From Eledone cirrhosa (Eukaryota): a stretch of DNA of 64,000 nucleotides. The DNA lies in the NCBI GenBank assembly GCA_964016885.1, contig OZ024750.1:27404001-27468000 (forward strand), read 5' to 3'. Below the pieces are notes generated by a model that did not search any database, was not told where the DNA came from, and saw only the letters and a list, made by a program, of their open reading frames with translations. A program made the translations under genes and the position numbers. Every line of letters begins with the position of its first letter. Within the stretch, counting starts at the first letter, position 1. Below are positions 16,307-32,085 of the stretch, one piece after another.

Positions 16307-16404
16307 TTAAATTGTTTCTACTTTCACCCTTAATGGGACCTTCTGAAGATCCAGTTAAGGGTGAAAGCAGCGATTTAATCTGTTATTATATGTATGTATG
16401 TATG

Positions 16405-16632
16405 TAAAAGGTAAACAGAAATAACAACACAATCGGTACAGTATATGGAAGGTATATACTAGTTTAACGCTTGATATAACAGGAAAAGGGTCTTAACGTT
16501 TCAGGTGCTAGTCCTTCATCAGAAGAAAGAATGAGAAATAAAATAGATTGAGGGGACGGGCGTGACGGAATTGGAAAAAATGTCTTTAGATAAAAATAAC
16601 AGGTCCATTCATGTTGACATCTCTTGCAAAGC
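16405..16632 (-). mobile_element. Family E element with minimal hammerhead (16491-16526 -)
   Basis: TCTT-CTGATGA-AGG/CCT-GAAA-CG-TT-AAGA; homologous in opposite orientation to 56428-56650. Confidence 0.7.
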
Positions 16633-16655
16633 AATATATATATATAAAAGAAAAA

Positions 16656-16858
16656 AATAGTTCATCGCTCTATATGGCTGAATAGATTAAATGTAATTTG
16701 AGTTTTTCGAATATTAATAATAATATTCAATTCGTTTACAATTATGCAAACAACCCCTTTTTTAAGCCATGTCTGTAGAATGAGCCCTCGTGTTATTAAT
16801 ATTCGAAAAACTCAGATTACATTTATTGTATTCAGCCAAATAGAGCTATAACTATTTG
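16656..16858. repeat. ~200-bp imperfect palindrome (MITE-like)
   Basis: GCTCTATATGGCTGAATA..GAGTTTTTCGAATATTAATAA is inverted against TTATTAATATTCGAAAAACTC..TATTCAGCCAAATAGAGC. Confidence 0.65.
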
Positions 16859-16914
16859 TTACACACACATACACACACACACGCACACCCATATATATAT
16901 ATTTATATATATAT

Positions 16915-18160
16915 GTAGATAAATCTACCAAGAGTTTACGGTAGTGTCCAATCCGTATGAAGAACTCAATGTATTCCGGATATCATGGAAAGAAGAGATG
17001 TAATGAAAAATCACTTTCGGTGAAAGATAAACGGTATACAGAGTCAAGATAAAATATTAAACAAATAATGAATAAACAATGAGACAGTTCCTTATATTAA
17101 ACAAAAAAAGTTCATTATTTAACGATCGTTTCTAGGATATATATGTGTTAGAATTGGCATGCATATTCAACAGATCTATGTACAAAATTATACAAAATTA
17201 TACAAACTATCAAGATTAAATATACATACCAACACATATATACGCCGTCTTCAGAAATAATGAAGTATATTTATTGATAATAACAACAATTCAAAATTTC
17301 AGGTCCGTTTGGGAACAAAATTGACCAATGAAAACACAAAAGGTTAAATGCAGTTCGGTGTGTGTATATACATGTAAAATATTTATTATTTTTTATTTTC
17401 TTAGTTTATAGATACATCTATATTAGGCAGTCTGCCCAGACCGTTGAATACTGACCTCTCCCCCCCCCTCCCACCTAATTTCTGTATCTTGATCTAAATG
17501 TGTGTGCCAGTGTTTATGTGAGTGAATTAATATCCATGTGCTTATGATTTTATATCCACATATATAAATGTGAGTGGGGGTGTGTGTGTGTTTGTATGTT
17601 CGTGGTTATGTGTATATTTATGCATATACGCGCGTGTATGTGTGATTGTACGGATATGTGTGAGTATGAAAAAATATATTTATATACTTAATTTCATATT
17701 TGTGTGTCTATACGCATCTTATCTGTGCATTATAAACTTACAGAGACATTAACCTTGAAATTTTGTATTTGCATCCATCCTTTTAGTATGCGTATACAAA
17801 TTATACATACATTTTTGTAAAATATGTGTAAGGGTTTTACATGTATATACACACACCGAACTGCATTTAACCTTTTGTGTTTTCATTGGTCAATTTTGTT
17901 CCCAAACGGACCTGAAATTTTGAATTGTTGTTATTATCAATAAATATACTTCATTATTTCTGAAGACGGCGTATATATGTGTTGGTATGTATATTTAATC
18001 TTGATAGTTTGTATAATTTTGTATAATTTTGTACATAGATCTGTTGAATATGCATGCCAATTCTAACACATATATATCCTAGAAACGATCGTTAAATAAT
18101 GAACTTTTTTTGTTTAATATAAGGAACTGTCTCATTGTTTATTCATTATTTGTTTAATAT

Positions 18161-18165
<5 letters not shown>
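16915..18165. mobile_element. Family F fold-back element, ~330-bp near-perfect arms, each with a hammerhead (17111-17264 -, 17950-18103 +)
   Basis: 17049-17380 vs 17838-18165 inverted; TTCATTATTT-CTGAAGA-long stem II-GAAA-CGATCG-TT-AAATAATGAA. Confidence 0.85.
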
Positions 18166-18211
<46 letters not shown>

Positions 18212-18259
18212 GTGTAAGAGTGCTTGTATATGCGCATAAAAGCAAGTATAGAATGGTAA

Positions 18260-18829
18260 ATAATTTTTTCTACTTTTGGCACAAGGCCAGCAATTATCCT
18301 AGTGTATTACTGGTACTTTATTTGATCAACCATGTAAGGGTGAGAGGCAAAGTTAACCTCGGAAGGATTAGAATTCAGACCATAAAGGGCCGTAACTCTT
18401 TGCTGCAAGCATGGCATCCAACCCTCTACCGATACTGCTATAATTGTTTCTACTTTTTGGCACAGGGCCAGCAGTTATCCCAGTGCATTACAGGTACTTT
18501 ATTTTATCGACCCCGTAAGGATGAAAGGTAAAGTTAACCTCGATGGGATTTGAACTTAGATCATAAAGGGCCGTAACTCTTTGCTGCAAAGCATGGCGTC
18601 CGACCCTCTACCGATACTGCCAATCCACCGCCATACTGCTATAATTGTTTCTACTTTAGGCACAAGGTCAGCAATTACCCAGTACATTACTGGTACTTTA
18701 TTTTATCGACCCCGTAAGGATGAAAGGCAAAGTCAACCTCGGCGGGATTTGAACTCAGATCGTAAAGGGACGTAACTATGCTGGAAAGCATGGCGTCCGA
18801 CCCTCTACCGATACTGCCAATTCACCGCC
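18260..18829 (-). mobile_element. Three tandem SINE S copies
   Basis: Three successive SINE cores separated by ATACTGCTATAAT. Confidence 0.85.
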
Positions 18830-19269
18830 ATACTGCTATAATGAAAGATAAATAGAAAAAAAACTCCCAGCTTGGCTGAAAATGAATGACCTGGATGTCT
18901 GGAGCATTTTTACTTTATTAGAAAAGTTATTGTTTCAGTCCAAGCCCGGTGTTCTTATGCTCTAACAATCGAATTGTTGTGAAAGAGTGTTAAGTACATA
19001 CATCCTCACTTAGTTTTGTCTTCGGCTTCCTTGTATTGGATATTACGCACACAAATATATCACTGTCAACATGGTGGCTACACTAAACGTCTTCAAACCA
19101 GATTCAGTAACAATAACATTCATAGACAGATAAACACTTCACCATTTCTACTTATTATGTAAAAAATGTTCTTCCTCCACTTGACACCGGCCGGTGTCAG
19201 AAAAAAGGATATATTATTGAAAAAAGTTGAACCACAATTTTAATTCATGTGATCACATAGTACTTTACT

Positions 19270-19339
<70 letters not shown>

Positions 19340-19700
19340 CAAAGTGGTATGTAAGAGACTTGATTGACGGATCTTACACTACACGAGGATACTGAGAATG
19401 GCTCTCAACATTTCTTGGAAACAGAAGCTGACAAATAAAACATTGTACAGATCACTACCACCAGTCTCAAAAAAATTTGCCTGCCGACGAATGAAACTGG
19501 CTGGGCACTGCATCCGTCATCCAGAAGAGATAGCATCACAACTGGTGTTCTGGAAGGTCGGGCGGTCGGACGAAGAAGCGTCGCATCCATTGATACCCTG
19601 CTGAGAGATGTCAACATTGATAACATCGACGAACTGAGAAATGTCATGCTCGACCGGGACGATTGGAGAAAGCGTGCTGAATCTTTGCGGCCGAAGAAGA
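19340..19700 (+). mobile_element. Non-LTR retrotransposon (RTE-like) ORF 3' fragment
   Basis: YTRILRMALNISWKQKLTN..LY..RRMKLAGHCIRHPEEIASQLVFW and ELRNVMLDRDDWRKR; short (AAG)n tail. Confidence 0.7.
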
Positions 19701-20290
19701 AGAAATATATATTTATAGATATATGGAAAGTTATATTTAAATTGTTGGGTTAACAACGAGTAAATAATTATAACTGATATAAAAGCACTCAACAAGTATT
19801 TGGAGTATATTTATGATATTAAATAAATGGAAACTATATTTATAAAACCATATTTATTTCGTTATATATATTTCAGGGATATCATATTAACAATATGTTA
19901 TGCCTTCTTCAGACAAAATACAATATAAACAGTCTTATAAATAAATAGATACGACATACCTTTCAATCACCTTGCATTTGGGAGGTTGATTTGGCAGTAA
20001 AAAATATTGTGGACAGTTGTAAAAAGAAAGAGAGAAAGAAAGAAAGAAAGAGAAACGAAGAAAAAGAAGAAAAAGAAGAAATGCATGTGACTAAATAGAG
20101 AGATATAGAAAGATAGATAATGAGAAGAACTTCATGTAAAGAAACAGAGAGAAATATATATAGAGAGAGGAAAGAAAGAGATAGATAGAGATAGATAGAG
20201 AAACTAGGAAGTTGAGTATCGGTTGATACATTTATTTATTTATTTATTTATTTATTTAGCAATTTTTATTTATTTACACAATTTTTTAAT

Positions 20291-21369
20291 CACTTTAATC
20301 TAAAAATAGAAATTGAGAATAACCATAGAATAGTCAACTTCCTAGATATAACATTAAATCTCAACACATGTCTTCACTATCCATTTCACAAGTTGAATGA
20401 AAACTTAAACTACGTCAGCTTTAACTCTAACCACCCCAAATCTGTTAAAAATACTATAGTAAACTCTGTTCAATCACGTATCTCTAGAATCTCATCTAAT
20501 AAAAAGATTTTCGACGAAAAAGCCCATTATTACAATGAAGCGTTAGCTAGAGCAGGATATAGTGATAAAATTATGTACATAGATAATGATAAACAAATTA
20601 AACAAAATAACAACTATTTTAATTATGGCCACAACCTTAACAACTATAATAGAAAGCATTACAATAATTCCAAAAGCCATAAAAGAAATAGAACTAGGAA
20701 TATAATATGGTTTGCCCCCCCCCTTTCTCACTAAACATTAAAACCCACATTGCTAAACTATTTTTTAAAGCTCTCGATAATCGCTTCCCTAGAACACATA
20801 GGTATCACTCAATTTTCAATAGACATACTATAAAACTAACCTACTCATCCACCAAAAATTTAGCGCAAAATATTAATAGAATAAATAACAGGAACTTAAA
20901 ACCTAGCGATAATAGCATAAATAATATCCAAGTTAACAAATGTAACTGTAGAGATAGATCTAAATGTCCGTTAAATAACAACTGCTTAGTTAAAAATATA
21001 ATATACAACTGTAATGTTAAAACGGACGTTAATTCTTTTAACTACGTTGGTTCTACATCGACGGAATTTAAACTTCGCTATAACAACCACAAGAATTCTT
21101 TCACTGATCCATCCAAAAAATCTTCAACAGCACTATCAGGCGTACTCTGGCAACTTAGGCATGATAACGTTAGATATTCGACGACTTGGAATATAGTTTC
21201 AAGGGGGATTCCTTTTAATTCATCCTCTAAGACATGTGACCTCTGTGCGGAGGAGATATTCTTTATACTAAAATCTAAAAATTCCCTTAATCTACGGACA
21301 AATTTATTCAGTTGCTGCAGACATAGATTGAACGCAACGTTTAAATATAAATTTAAATTTAAAATGTAG
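20291..21369 (+). pseudogene. Penelope-like ORF remnant: RT C-terminus/thumb, linker, GIY-YIG endonuclease; frameshift in C-run near 20715-20722
   Basis: VNFLDITLNL..PFHK..YV..SNHP; IIWFAPP/FS..HSIFNRHTIKLTYS; CNC-x5-C-x5-C; IIY..YVGSTSTEFKLRYNNHK; CDLC..CRH. Confidence 0.9.
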
Positions 21370-21747
21370 TTATGTTTGATTTGATTTGTAATTATTTATG
21401 AAACTAGCCGATAAATCTTTCGATTTCTTCTTTTTATTAAAACATTATTTTTATTAAAACATTCTTCATGAATAATTAAACTACCCTAAAAGCTGATGCT
21501 CCAAATATATCGAATTAAATTTTAAACTAGATAAACTTCTATATTAAATATAAGAACATATGTAGACCAAATGGGTATCCTAAACTTTTGGAATGATTTC
21601 TGCTAGACAGGATTTGGTAAACAATTTTTGTTTTATCTGTTTCGACTCTGATGCTTATGATGAACTTGGCAATATATTGTCAATTAACTTTGAAAGGCTG
21701 ATCTCTGTGGCCGATTTGCGTGGCATACTATGTTTTCTTGTCTCTGA

Positions 21748-22001
21748 TATTTTTATTTTTATTTTTATTTTTATTTTTATTTTTATTTTTATTTTTATTT
21801 TTATTTTTATTTTTATTTTTATTTTTATTTTTATTTTTATTTTTATTTTTATTTTTATTTTTATTTTTATTTTTATTTTTATTTTTATTTTTATTTTTAT
21901 TTTTATTTTTATTTTTATTTTTATTTTTATTTTTATTTTTATTTTTATTTTTATTTTTATTTTTATTTTTATTTTTATTTTTATTTTTATTTTTATTTTT
22001 A
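21748..22001. repeat. (TTTTTA)n microsatellite in the PLE 3' region
   Basis: Directly visible. Confidence 0.95.
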
Positions 22002-22914
22002 TTAATATATTGAAATCTGTTCTCTATTTCTGCTTGATCGACAATCATGTAGAGTAAAGACAAGAATAGTATTGTTAAAATTAATATAGACTCTATATAT
22101 ATGTGTATATATACACACATATATGTATACTTGAATTTTTATAGCACAATGAGAATGTTTTCGTGTGAATTGGGAGTTTGTTTATAATTATGATATAAAC
22201 ATGAATTTTTAAAAACTAGACATAAGATCATTACTTTTCACACATTATAGATACATGTCTCATTCATGAATACTGATATTTACATTATAATGCCTGTTCT
22301 ATACGAACTAATATTTTCTACGGGATAAAACATAGCGGTTTTAAATTCTGTCTGGTTATGTTTCATTTTCTCTTTTTCATTTTCTCTTTTTTCTCTCTAT
22401 ATAACGGCTATTTTCTCTCTTAACTACATACATCTCTCTTTACATTAATACTAGAGCTAAATAAATAAATAAATAAATAAATAAATGTATCAACCGATAC
22501 TCAACTTCCTAGTTTCTCTATCTATCTCTATCTATCTCTTTCTTTCCTCTCTCTATATATATTTCTCTCTGTTTCTTTACATGAAGTTCTTCTCTTTATC
22601 TATCTTTCTATATCTCTCTATTTAGTCACATGCATTTCTTCTTTTTCTTCTTCTTCTTCGTTTCTCTTTCTTTCTTTCTTTCTCTCTTTCTTTTTACAAC
22701 TGTCCACAATATTTTTTACTGCCAAATCAACCTCCCAAATGCAAGGTGATTGAAAGGTATGTCGTATCTATTTATTTATAAGACTGTTTATATTGTATTT
22801 TGTCTGAAGAAGGCATAACATATTGTTAATATGATATCCCTGAAATATATATAACGAAATAAATATGGTTTTATAAATATAGTTTCCATTTATTTAATAT
22901 CATATTTATATATA

Positions 22915-23263
<349 letters not shown>

Positions 23264-23289
23264 CATATATACATAGATAATTACACACA

Positions 23290-23422
<133 letters not shown>

Positions 23423-23438
23423 TTATATATACATATAT

Positions 23439-23486
<48 letters not shown>

Positions 23487-23629
23487 ATTAAAATACTGGA
23501 GCGTGTTGGAGTTAAACACCCTCTTCGTATTATAGAAATGACAGTAAAAGGTATAGCTCAATGCAGTAAACAGAGCCAAAAAATTAAGAGAGTAAAACAA
23601 ACAATCCTTTAATACATCAAAAGTTTTTA

Positions 23630-23672
23630 TTAGCCGACAATGTTTCGTCCTATTAAGGACTCATCAGGGCAA
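23630..23672 (-). ncRNA. Type I hammerhead ribozyme, canonical core (family G; element starts at 23483)
   Basis: GCC-CTGATGA-GTCCT/AGGAC-GAAA-CATTG-TC-GGC with GUC triplet; AATAAA follows. Confidence 0.8.
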
Positions 23673-24167
23673 TCAAAACAACAAGAAGTAATATCGGCAG
23701 ATACAAGCCGGAAGCTCCGAAGAATATGGAGTGTACATACACTAAAGTCTAGCAAAAATATATAATAAAAATAAAAATAAAAATAAAAATAAAAATAAAA
23801 ATAATAAAAATATATAATAAGAATACCTAAGGATGTATATAACATTAAGAACCATATTACAAATATAGTCCAAAGCAACTAACCTAAAGCTAAACAAATG
23901 TGGTTATATAGAGCAGGAATTATATATAACACAATGTAATATAACATAATACATTATAATAATATACCTTTACCAACATTAAAATTACAATTAAAAATCA
24001 AAATATATATACATACATACAATGTAAATAATAATCTTTCTAGCATTTAATAACCAACTTCTTCAGAGTTATTACAAGAGTTAAATACAAATATAGTATC
24101 TAAACTTTGCTTCAGGAACATTTGGAGGATACATATTATTGTTAGGTAAGAGCAAGCGTTATTATTT

Positions 24168-24349
24168 TGGCAGTATCGGTAGAGGGTCGGACGCCATGCT
24201 TTCCAGCATAGTTACGTCCCTTTACGATCTGAGTTCAAATCCCGCCGAGGTTGACTTTGTCTTTCATCCTTACGAGGTCGATAAAATAAAGTACCAGTAA
24301 TGCACTGGATAATTGCTGGCCTTGTGCCTAAAGTAGAAACAATTATTAT
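24168..24349 (+). mobile_element. SINE family S
   Basis: TGGCAG.. A-box-like and GAGTTCAAATCC B-box-like head, shared core, AATTATT tail. Confidence 0.85.
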
Positions 24350-24448
24350 TCATACAAGGTAACCAAGCAACTGAGGCGGATTACATGTGAAAAGTAGAAA
24401 TAGATAACAGATCAGGAGCAGATAAAATGCGATAAAATAATATATAAA

Positions 24449-25581
<1,133 letters not shown>

Positions 25582-25626
25582 AATTAGAAAATGCGAAGTA
25601 GCTTCAGATGTTAAAGTCCTTTATTA

Positions 25627-25818
25627 ATAATCGTTTCTACTTTTGGCAGAAGGCCAGCAAATACCCAGTGCATTACTGGTACTTTATTCCATCGACCCCG
25701 TACGGATGAAAGACAAAGTTAACCTCGGCGGGATTTGAACTCAGAATGGAAAGGGCTGTAACTCTATGCGTCAAAGCATGGCGTCCGATCCTCTACTGAA
25801 ACTGCCAATCTACCGCCC
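25627..25818 (-). mobile_element. SINE family S, near full length
   Basis: Shared core and head. Confidence 0.85.
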
Positions 25819-26357
25819 TAAAGTCCTTTAGTAGCTTTAGATGTTAAAGTTCTTTATTAATAATGCTGTGACGCATATTTCAATCTCGACAGTGGCCACA
25901 CGATTCCATGACATCATCAAACAGCTTCTTATGTAATAAGGTTACCTTCCCGAGGCAATCCAAACTGAAACGTTTCAGTTTGGATTGCTTTCTTCTTTCA
26001 GAGTGAATAAGCAGGCGAAGTTTGAACTCGAAGAGTATCGAACTTATTCAACAAATTTATGTATAAGAATATAAACTTACTGCCTTATCGCTCAAGAACA
26101 AACACAGAATAATTGAGGAAGACATCGAAATTATTGAAGAAATTATAACCGAGTGAACATATTCATGTTCTGTTCAAGCACCCTGTATATCACTGTTTGT
26201 AAATCCCTTCGAATGACTGAAGCAATTCAATAAAACCATCCCGTTTTCTTCCCTATAGTAGACATAACCCGAGAAAACACACCATAATAAGTCAGATAAA
26301 CAATCAGAAGTGTTGGCCCTAAAGAGGACCTTGTAACGTTCACTGTTGCAAATTGTC

Positions 26358-26548
26358 AATAATTGTTTCTACTTTAGGCACAAGGCCAGCAATTACCCAG
26401 TGCATTACTGGTACTTTATTCTATCGACCCCGTAAGGATGAAAGGCAAAGTCAACCTCGGCGGGATTTGAACTCAGATCGTAAAGGGACGTAACTATGCT
26501 GGAAAGCATGGCGTCCGACCCTCTACCGATACTGCCAATCCACCGCCC
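26358..26548 (-). mobile_element. SINE family S, full length
   Basis: Shared core and head; TTGTCAATAAT on both flanks (TSD-like). Confidence 0.88.
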
Positions 26549-26861
26549 TTTGTCAATAATTGTCAATAATGGGGGAGAAGTTACATCTTAATTCGTGATA
26601 AATCTTCCCACGATCCGACACCTGGATATATTGAAAAAATAAACTCTACTCTCAAAGACAGCATGTTACAATTAACATGCCGGGAGTACGAATATTCGTT
26701 AACATATGATTTGGGTTATATTCTTCGGACTAATCTCATGGTAAGCCAACTTGCAGGTCATTGATCATCACACTTTTTTGTAACTTATCACCGATTCCTG
26801 CAGTTGACCTTAATGTGACCTAAGCTTGTGCACGTGTTCAGAATTCATATCAGTGGATGTG

Positions 26862-26914
<53 letters not shown>

Positions 26915-26919
<5 letters not shown>

Positions 26920-27104
26920 TAAAATAACAGATTAAAGTTTAACGGGAGTTTCAGAAGATCCCGTTAAGGGTGAAAGTACCGATTCTTTGCTTAAACTTTA
27001 ATCTGTTATTTTAATAAATATTTGCTCTACGGTTCTTATATATTTGATATATATTTATCCTTATCGAGCCCTCTCTGGATTTTAGTCTTCAAATTTATTA
27101 TTAT

Positions 27105-27108
<4 letters not shown>
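26915..27108 (+). mobile_element. Family B short element with hammerhead fold (26947-26997, CAGAAGA core) and tail
   Basis: Reverse complement of 166-327; short inverted arm at 26915-26942; in (TA)n. Confidence 0.75.
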
Positions 27109-27182
<74 letters not shown>

Positions 27183-27195
27183 TTATATATATATA

Positions 27196-28653
<1,458 letters not shown>

Positions 28654-28889
28654 TACATATATATATATATACACACAGAGACATCTGTTAAGTCGTTAAC
28701 CAAAATTAGATTGTCGTCTGCCTTTATGTGGAGGACTGAGTTGTGGGAGAAGGAAGGGAAGTAGTGGGAAGGAGGGTTTAACATACAGTAGTAGTATCTT
28801 CTCTTCCCCCTCTCTCACTGAAACGTCTTCTCTTTCCTCCTCCATTGTAAAGATGTCGCCAAGGGTTCCATTATTGATATTTATTGAAA

Positions 28890-29031
28890 TCCAATTAGCC
28901 AGTCCTGTTTCTGAATATTAGATTAACATATGTGTAAAGTTTCATCAGGATCGGATAACTGGTGTAGGCGCCAACTGGTTATACACAGATACACAGATAC
29001 ACAGACAGACAGAAATTTCCATTAATATAGA
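28890..29031 (-). mobile_element. Helitron-like non-autonomous element 5' end
   Basis: Minus strand begins ATCTATATTAAT..(CTGT)n..CCGATCCTGATGAAACTT, the usual layout of these elements. Confidence 0.45.
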
Positions 29032-29739
29032 TTCTGCTGAATTCTTTTATTTGCACCCGCCACAAAACATCCTTTTACCATAGCCACCAGACCGAGAGAA
29101 ACTACACGATTTGCTAGAGAAGGGCAAGAGTTCGATCTTCACAATAGTCTTCGCTGATAACCAATTCTACATGAACCTACACAGAGTAGTGACAGTACAC
29201 TGAACCAGTTTGTATCTGATCGTTTTTTCACTTAATCTCCTCTAATCATGTATAGAATTCAACGGTTCACTTACTACTGTCCACATGTTTCACGTGGCCG
29301 AGTATAGTGAGCAATCGTTCACGTCTTTCCTCAGCTGATCCACCACTCAGTGGCTCACAAAGTTACGAGATATCTTTAGTTGAACTAGTTTGAACTAACC
29401 TTGTCTATTGATAAATACTTTGCAGATTACTCCCGTAATTTTCCTGTCTCAGAACCACTCTAATACCTATATGGCAGATGAAGATATCACAATACACCCA
29501 ACTTTTCCTCTTCATTTGAAAATTACAGTAAACATTTCGGTTTTGGAGTCCACCATTTACTAGTTAATCAACCTTCTTAAATAGGTCGGAAGAGCGTTGA
29601 TGATAACAACACTTGTAAGGATTTTATAATATGCATGCATCATTTTCATCAAAGATCGTGAAGTGGATATCATCAAGATTTGCTTGAGATTTAATGTAAA
29701 GTAAGTAAAACCGATCATTTGAGAAGACCAAAGAAACTA

Positions 29740-30420
29740 CATTTCCATTGGTCCTTCCACTGTTGATACCATCTGTTGGTCATAGTTCCTAACCGAAGAA
29801 AGGAGCTGTTAATCAGATCAAATCAAGGAAACTGTTTCCATTGGTCATTCCATTACTGATACTATCTGTTGGTTATAACTCCAGATCAAATCAAGGAACC
29901 TAGGTTTCCATTGGTCTTTCCATTACTGATATTATCTGTTGGTTATAACTCCAGATCAAATCAAGGAAACTAGGTTTCCATTGGTCATTCCATTACTGAT
30001 ACTATCTGTTGGTTATAACTCCAGATCAAATCAAGGAACCTAGATTTCCATTGGTCTTTCCATTACTGATACTATCTGTTGGTTATAACTCCAGATCAAA
30101 TCAAGGAACCTAGGTTTCCATTGGTCTTTCCATTACTGATACTATCTGTTGGTTATAACTCCAGATCAAATCAAGGAACCTAGGTTTCCATTGGTCTTTC
30201 CATTACTGATACTATCTGTTGGTTGTATCTCCTAGCAGAAGAAATAAGCTGTTTGTCAGATTAAATCAAGGAACCTATGTTTCCTTTGGTCTTTCCACTG
30301 CTGATAGAATCTGTTGGCCGTAGATCCTGAAGAAAGGAGCTGTTCGTCTGATCAGACCAAGGAATCTATTGTTTCATTGGTTTATTTCATTACTGATACT
30401 ATCTTTCTGTCGTAGCTCAG
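29740..30420. repeat. 70-bp minisatellite (about 5 near-perfect units plus diverged flanks)
   Basis: CCAGATCAAATCAAGGAA at 29881, 29951, 30021, 30091 and 30161. Confidence 0.9.
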
Positions 30421-30825
30421 AAGTGTCATAGGTCTGGCAATGTATGGATGATCCTTTAACTCCTTGGTGAGTCGTAGGGGCGCCACATTGACATACAATG
30501 TTACTAGAGCATTATAAAAACTTGTCAGAGTCCACCACGTCTCTACTACAGCAAATTTCCTCGTCTCAACTACAGCAAATTTCCTCCAGAGAATAATAGA
30601 GAGGGAGAGGATGGAAGTAAGAAAGAGATCTAGAAGAAGAATCGACCCAAGTAGTTGACTGGTACTTTTTTTTATCGACCTCGAATGTATGAAAACGCCT
30701 GGCAATAAATCCCATCAATTCCTATTAAAGGAATCGATCGACTTTCGTCAAATCGAACCGAGGAAACAAAGTTTCCGTTGGTCTTTCCAATTGCTAATTC
30801 TATCTATCGGTCGCAACCTCAGGTA

Positions 30826-30947
30826 GGAGCAACGTGAAATAAAGTGTCTTGCTCAAAGACATAACGCATCGTCCGTTCCAGGAATCGAACTCACAACCTC
30901 ACGATTGTGAACCCAATTCTCTACTCTACTCAGCCACACGCCTTCAC
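30826..30947 (-). mobile_element. tRNA-derived SINE head, second family
   Basis: Minus strand GGCGTGTGGCTGAGTAG..GAGTTCGATTCC..CTTTGAGCAAGACACTTTATTTCACGTTGCTC. Confidence 0.65.
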
Positions 30948-31479
30948 AAATTCTTATTAGTCATTAATTAAATTGCAGTATTTTAATTAACAAATTCCCC
31001 CAATTAAGAACATTGATGATTATAATTATTGCGTGTATGAGGATGATAGGAAATGCTTTTCTTTGATGAGTAGTAATCATATTAATTACGTAAGTTTCTT
31101 TTACACCTGTATTTACATGATTAAACAGTTATCAAGTTGCCTATCTAGTCATCTCACCACATCCTTGCTATGTACTCAATGTTTATGTAAATGTAAATCG
31201 TGATCCATTCATGTTTGTTATTTCATGTGTGTCTATATATTTAATATGTGTGCCTTATATTTGTGAGTATATATTTATAATTATACGTATATATTTACAT
31301 ATCTACCTACATATCTATATTTGTGTCTATATATTTACATTTGAGCCTATATAATTACATATGAGCGTATATGGCATATATATATAACAAAGGAATTGTG
31401 GTAAGGAACCAGATGGACCATAACGCACCAGAGTACTCAATACTTAGGGTAGTAGAGTGGGAAATAGGAAAAAGTATGA

Positions 31480-31544
<65 letters not shown>

Positions 31545-31549
<5 letters not shown>

Positions 31550-32085
31550 TATATATATATATATCTATGTGTGCCTATATATCAATGTGTGCATATATAT
31601 TTACATGTGTGCGCATATATTTAGATGTATGCGTATATATTTATATACTTGTGTGCCTATATATCAACATGTGTGCTTATATATTTACATGTGTGCATAT
31701 ATATATATTTAGATGTATGGGTATATATGCATTTACATCGGTGCGTATATATTTAGATGTATGCGTATATATTTACTTATGTGCTTATATATTTACATGT
31801 GTACGTATATATGTAGATGTATGCGTATATATTTACTTATGTGCTTATATATTTACATGTGTACGTATATATTTAGATGTATGAGTATATATTTACTTGC
31901 ATGCCTATATATTTACCTGTGTGCGTATATATTTATATGTATGTGTAAATATTTACATGTGTGTGTATATTTACATGTGTGTGTATATATTTACATGTGT
32001 GCGTATATATAGCGATGTATGCCTATATATTTATTTGTGCGTATATATTTACTTGGTGTATATATTTGCATGTGTGTCTATATTT
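31545..32085. repeat. Degenerate ~20-bp minisatellite (GTGTGCGTATATATTTACAT-like)
   Basis: Directly visible periodicity. Confidence 0.8.

Larger units (their letters stand above)
19722..22903 (+). mobile_element. 5'-truncated Penelope-like retroelement with inverted 5' pLTR (family A)
   Basis: 19813-20260 is a near-perfect reverse complement of 22456-22903; each arm has a hammerhead (19855-19920 -, 22796-22861 +); internal RT/GIY-YIG ORF; 3' end joins (TA)n. Confidence 0.9.

Noticed and set aside
21640-21715. Possible SECIS element in the PLE 3' region
   Set aside because: ATGA..AA..GA spacing and helix are unconvincing, and the ORF has no in-frame TGA at Cys positions
26040-26770. Possible old PLE RT N-terminal remnant (DPTPGYIEKINSTLK)
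   Set aside because: Too decayed to support without a profile search
28935-28955. CTGATGAAAC on the minus strand as a hammerhead core
   Set aside because: No stem II between CTGATGA and GAAA; part of a Helitron-like 5' motif
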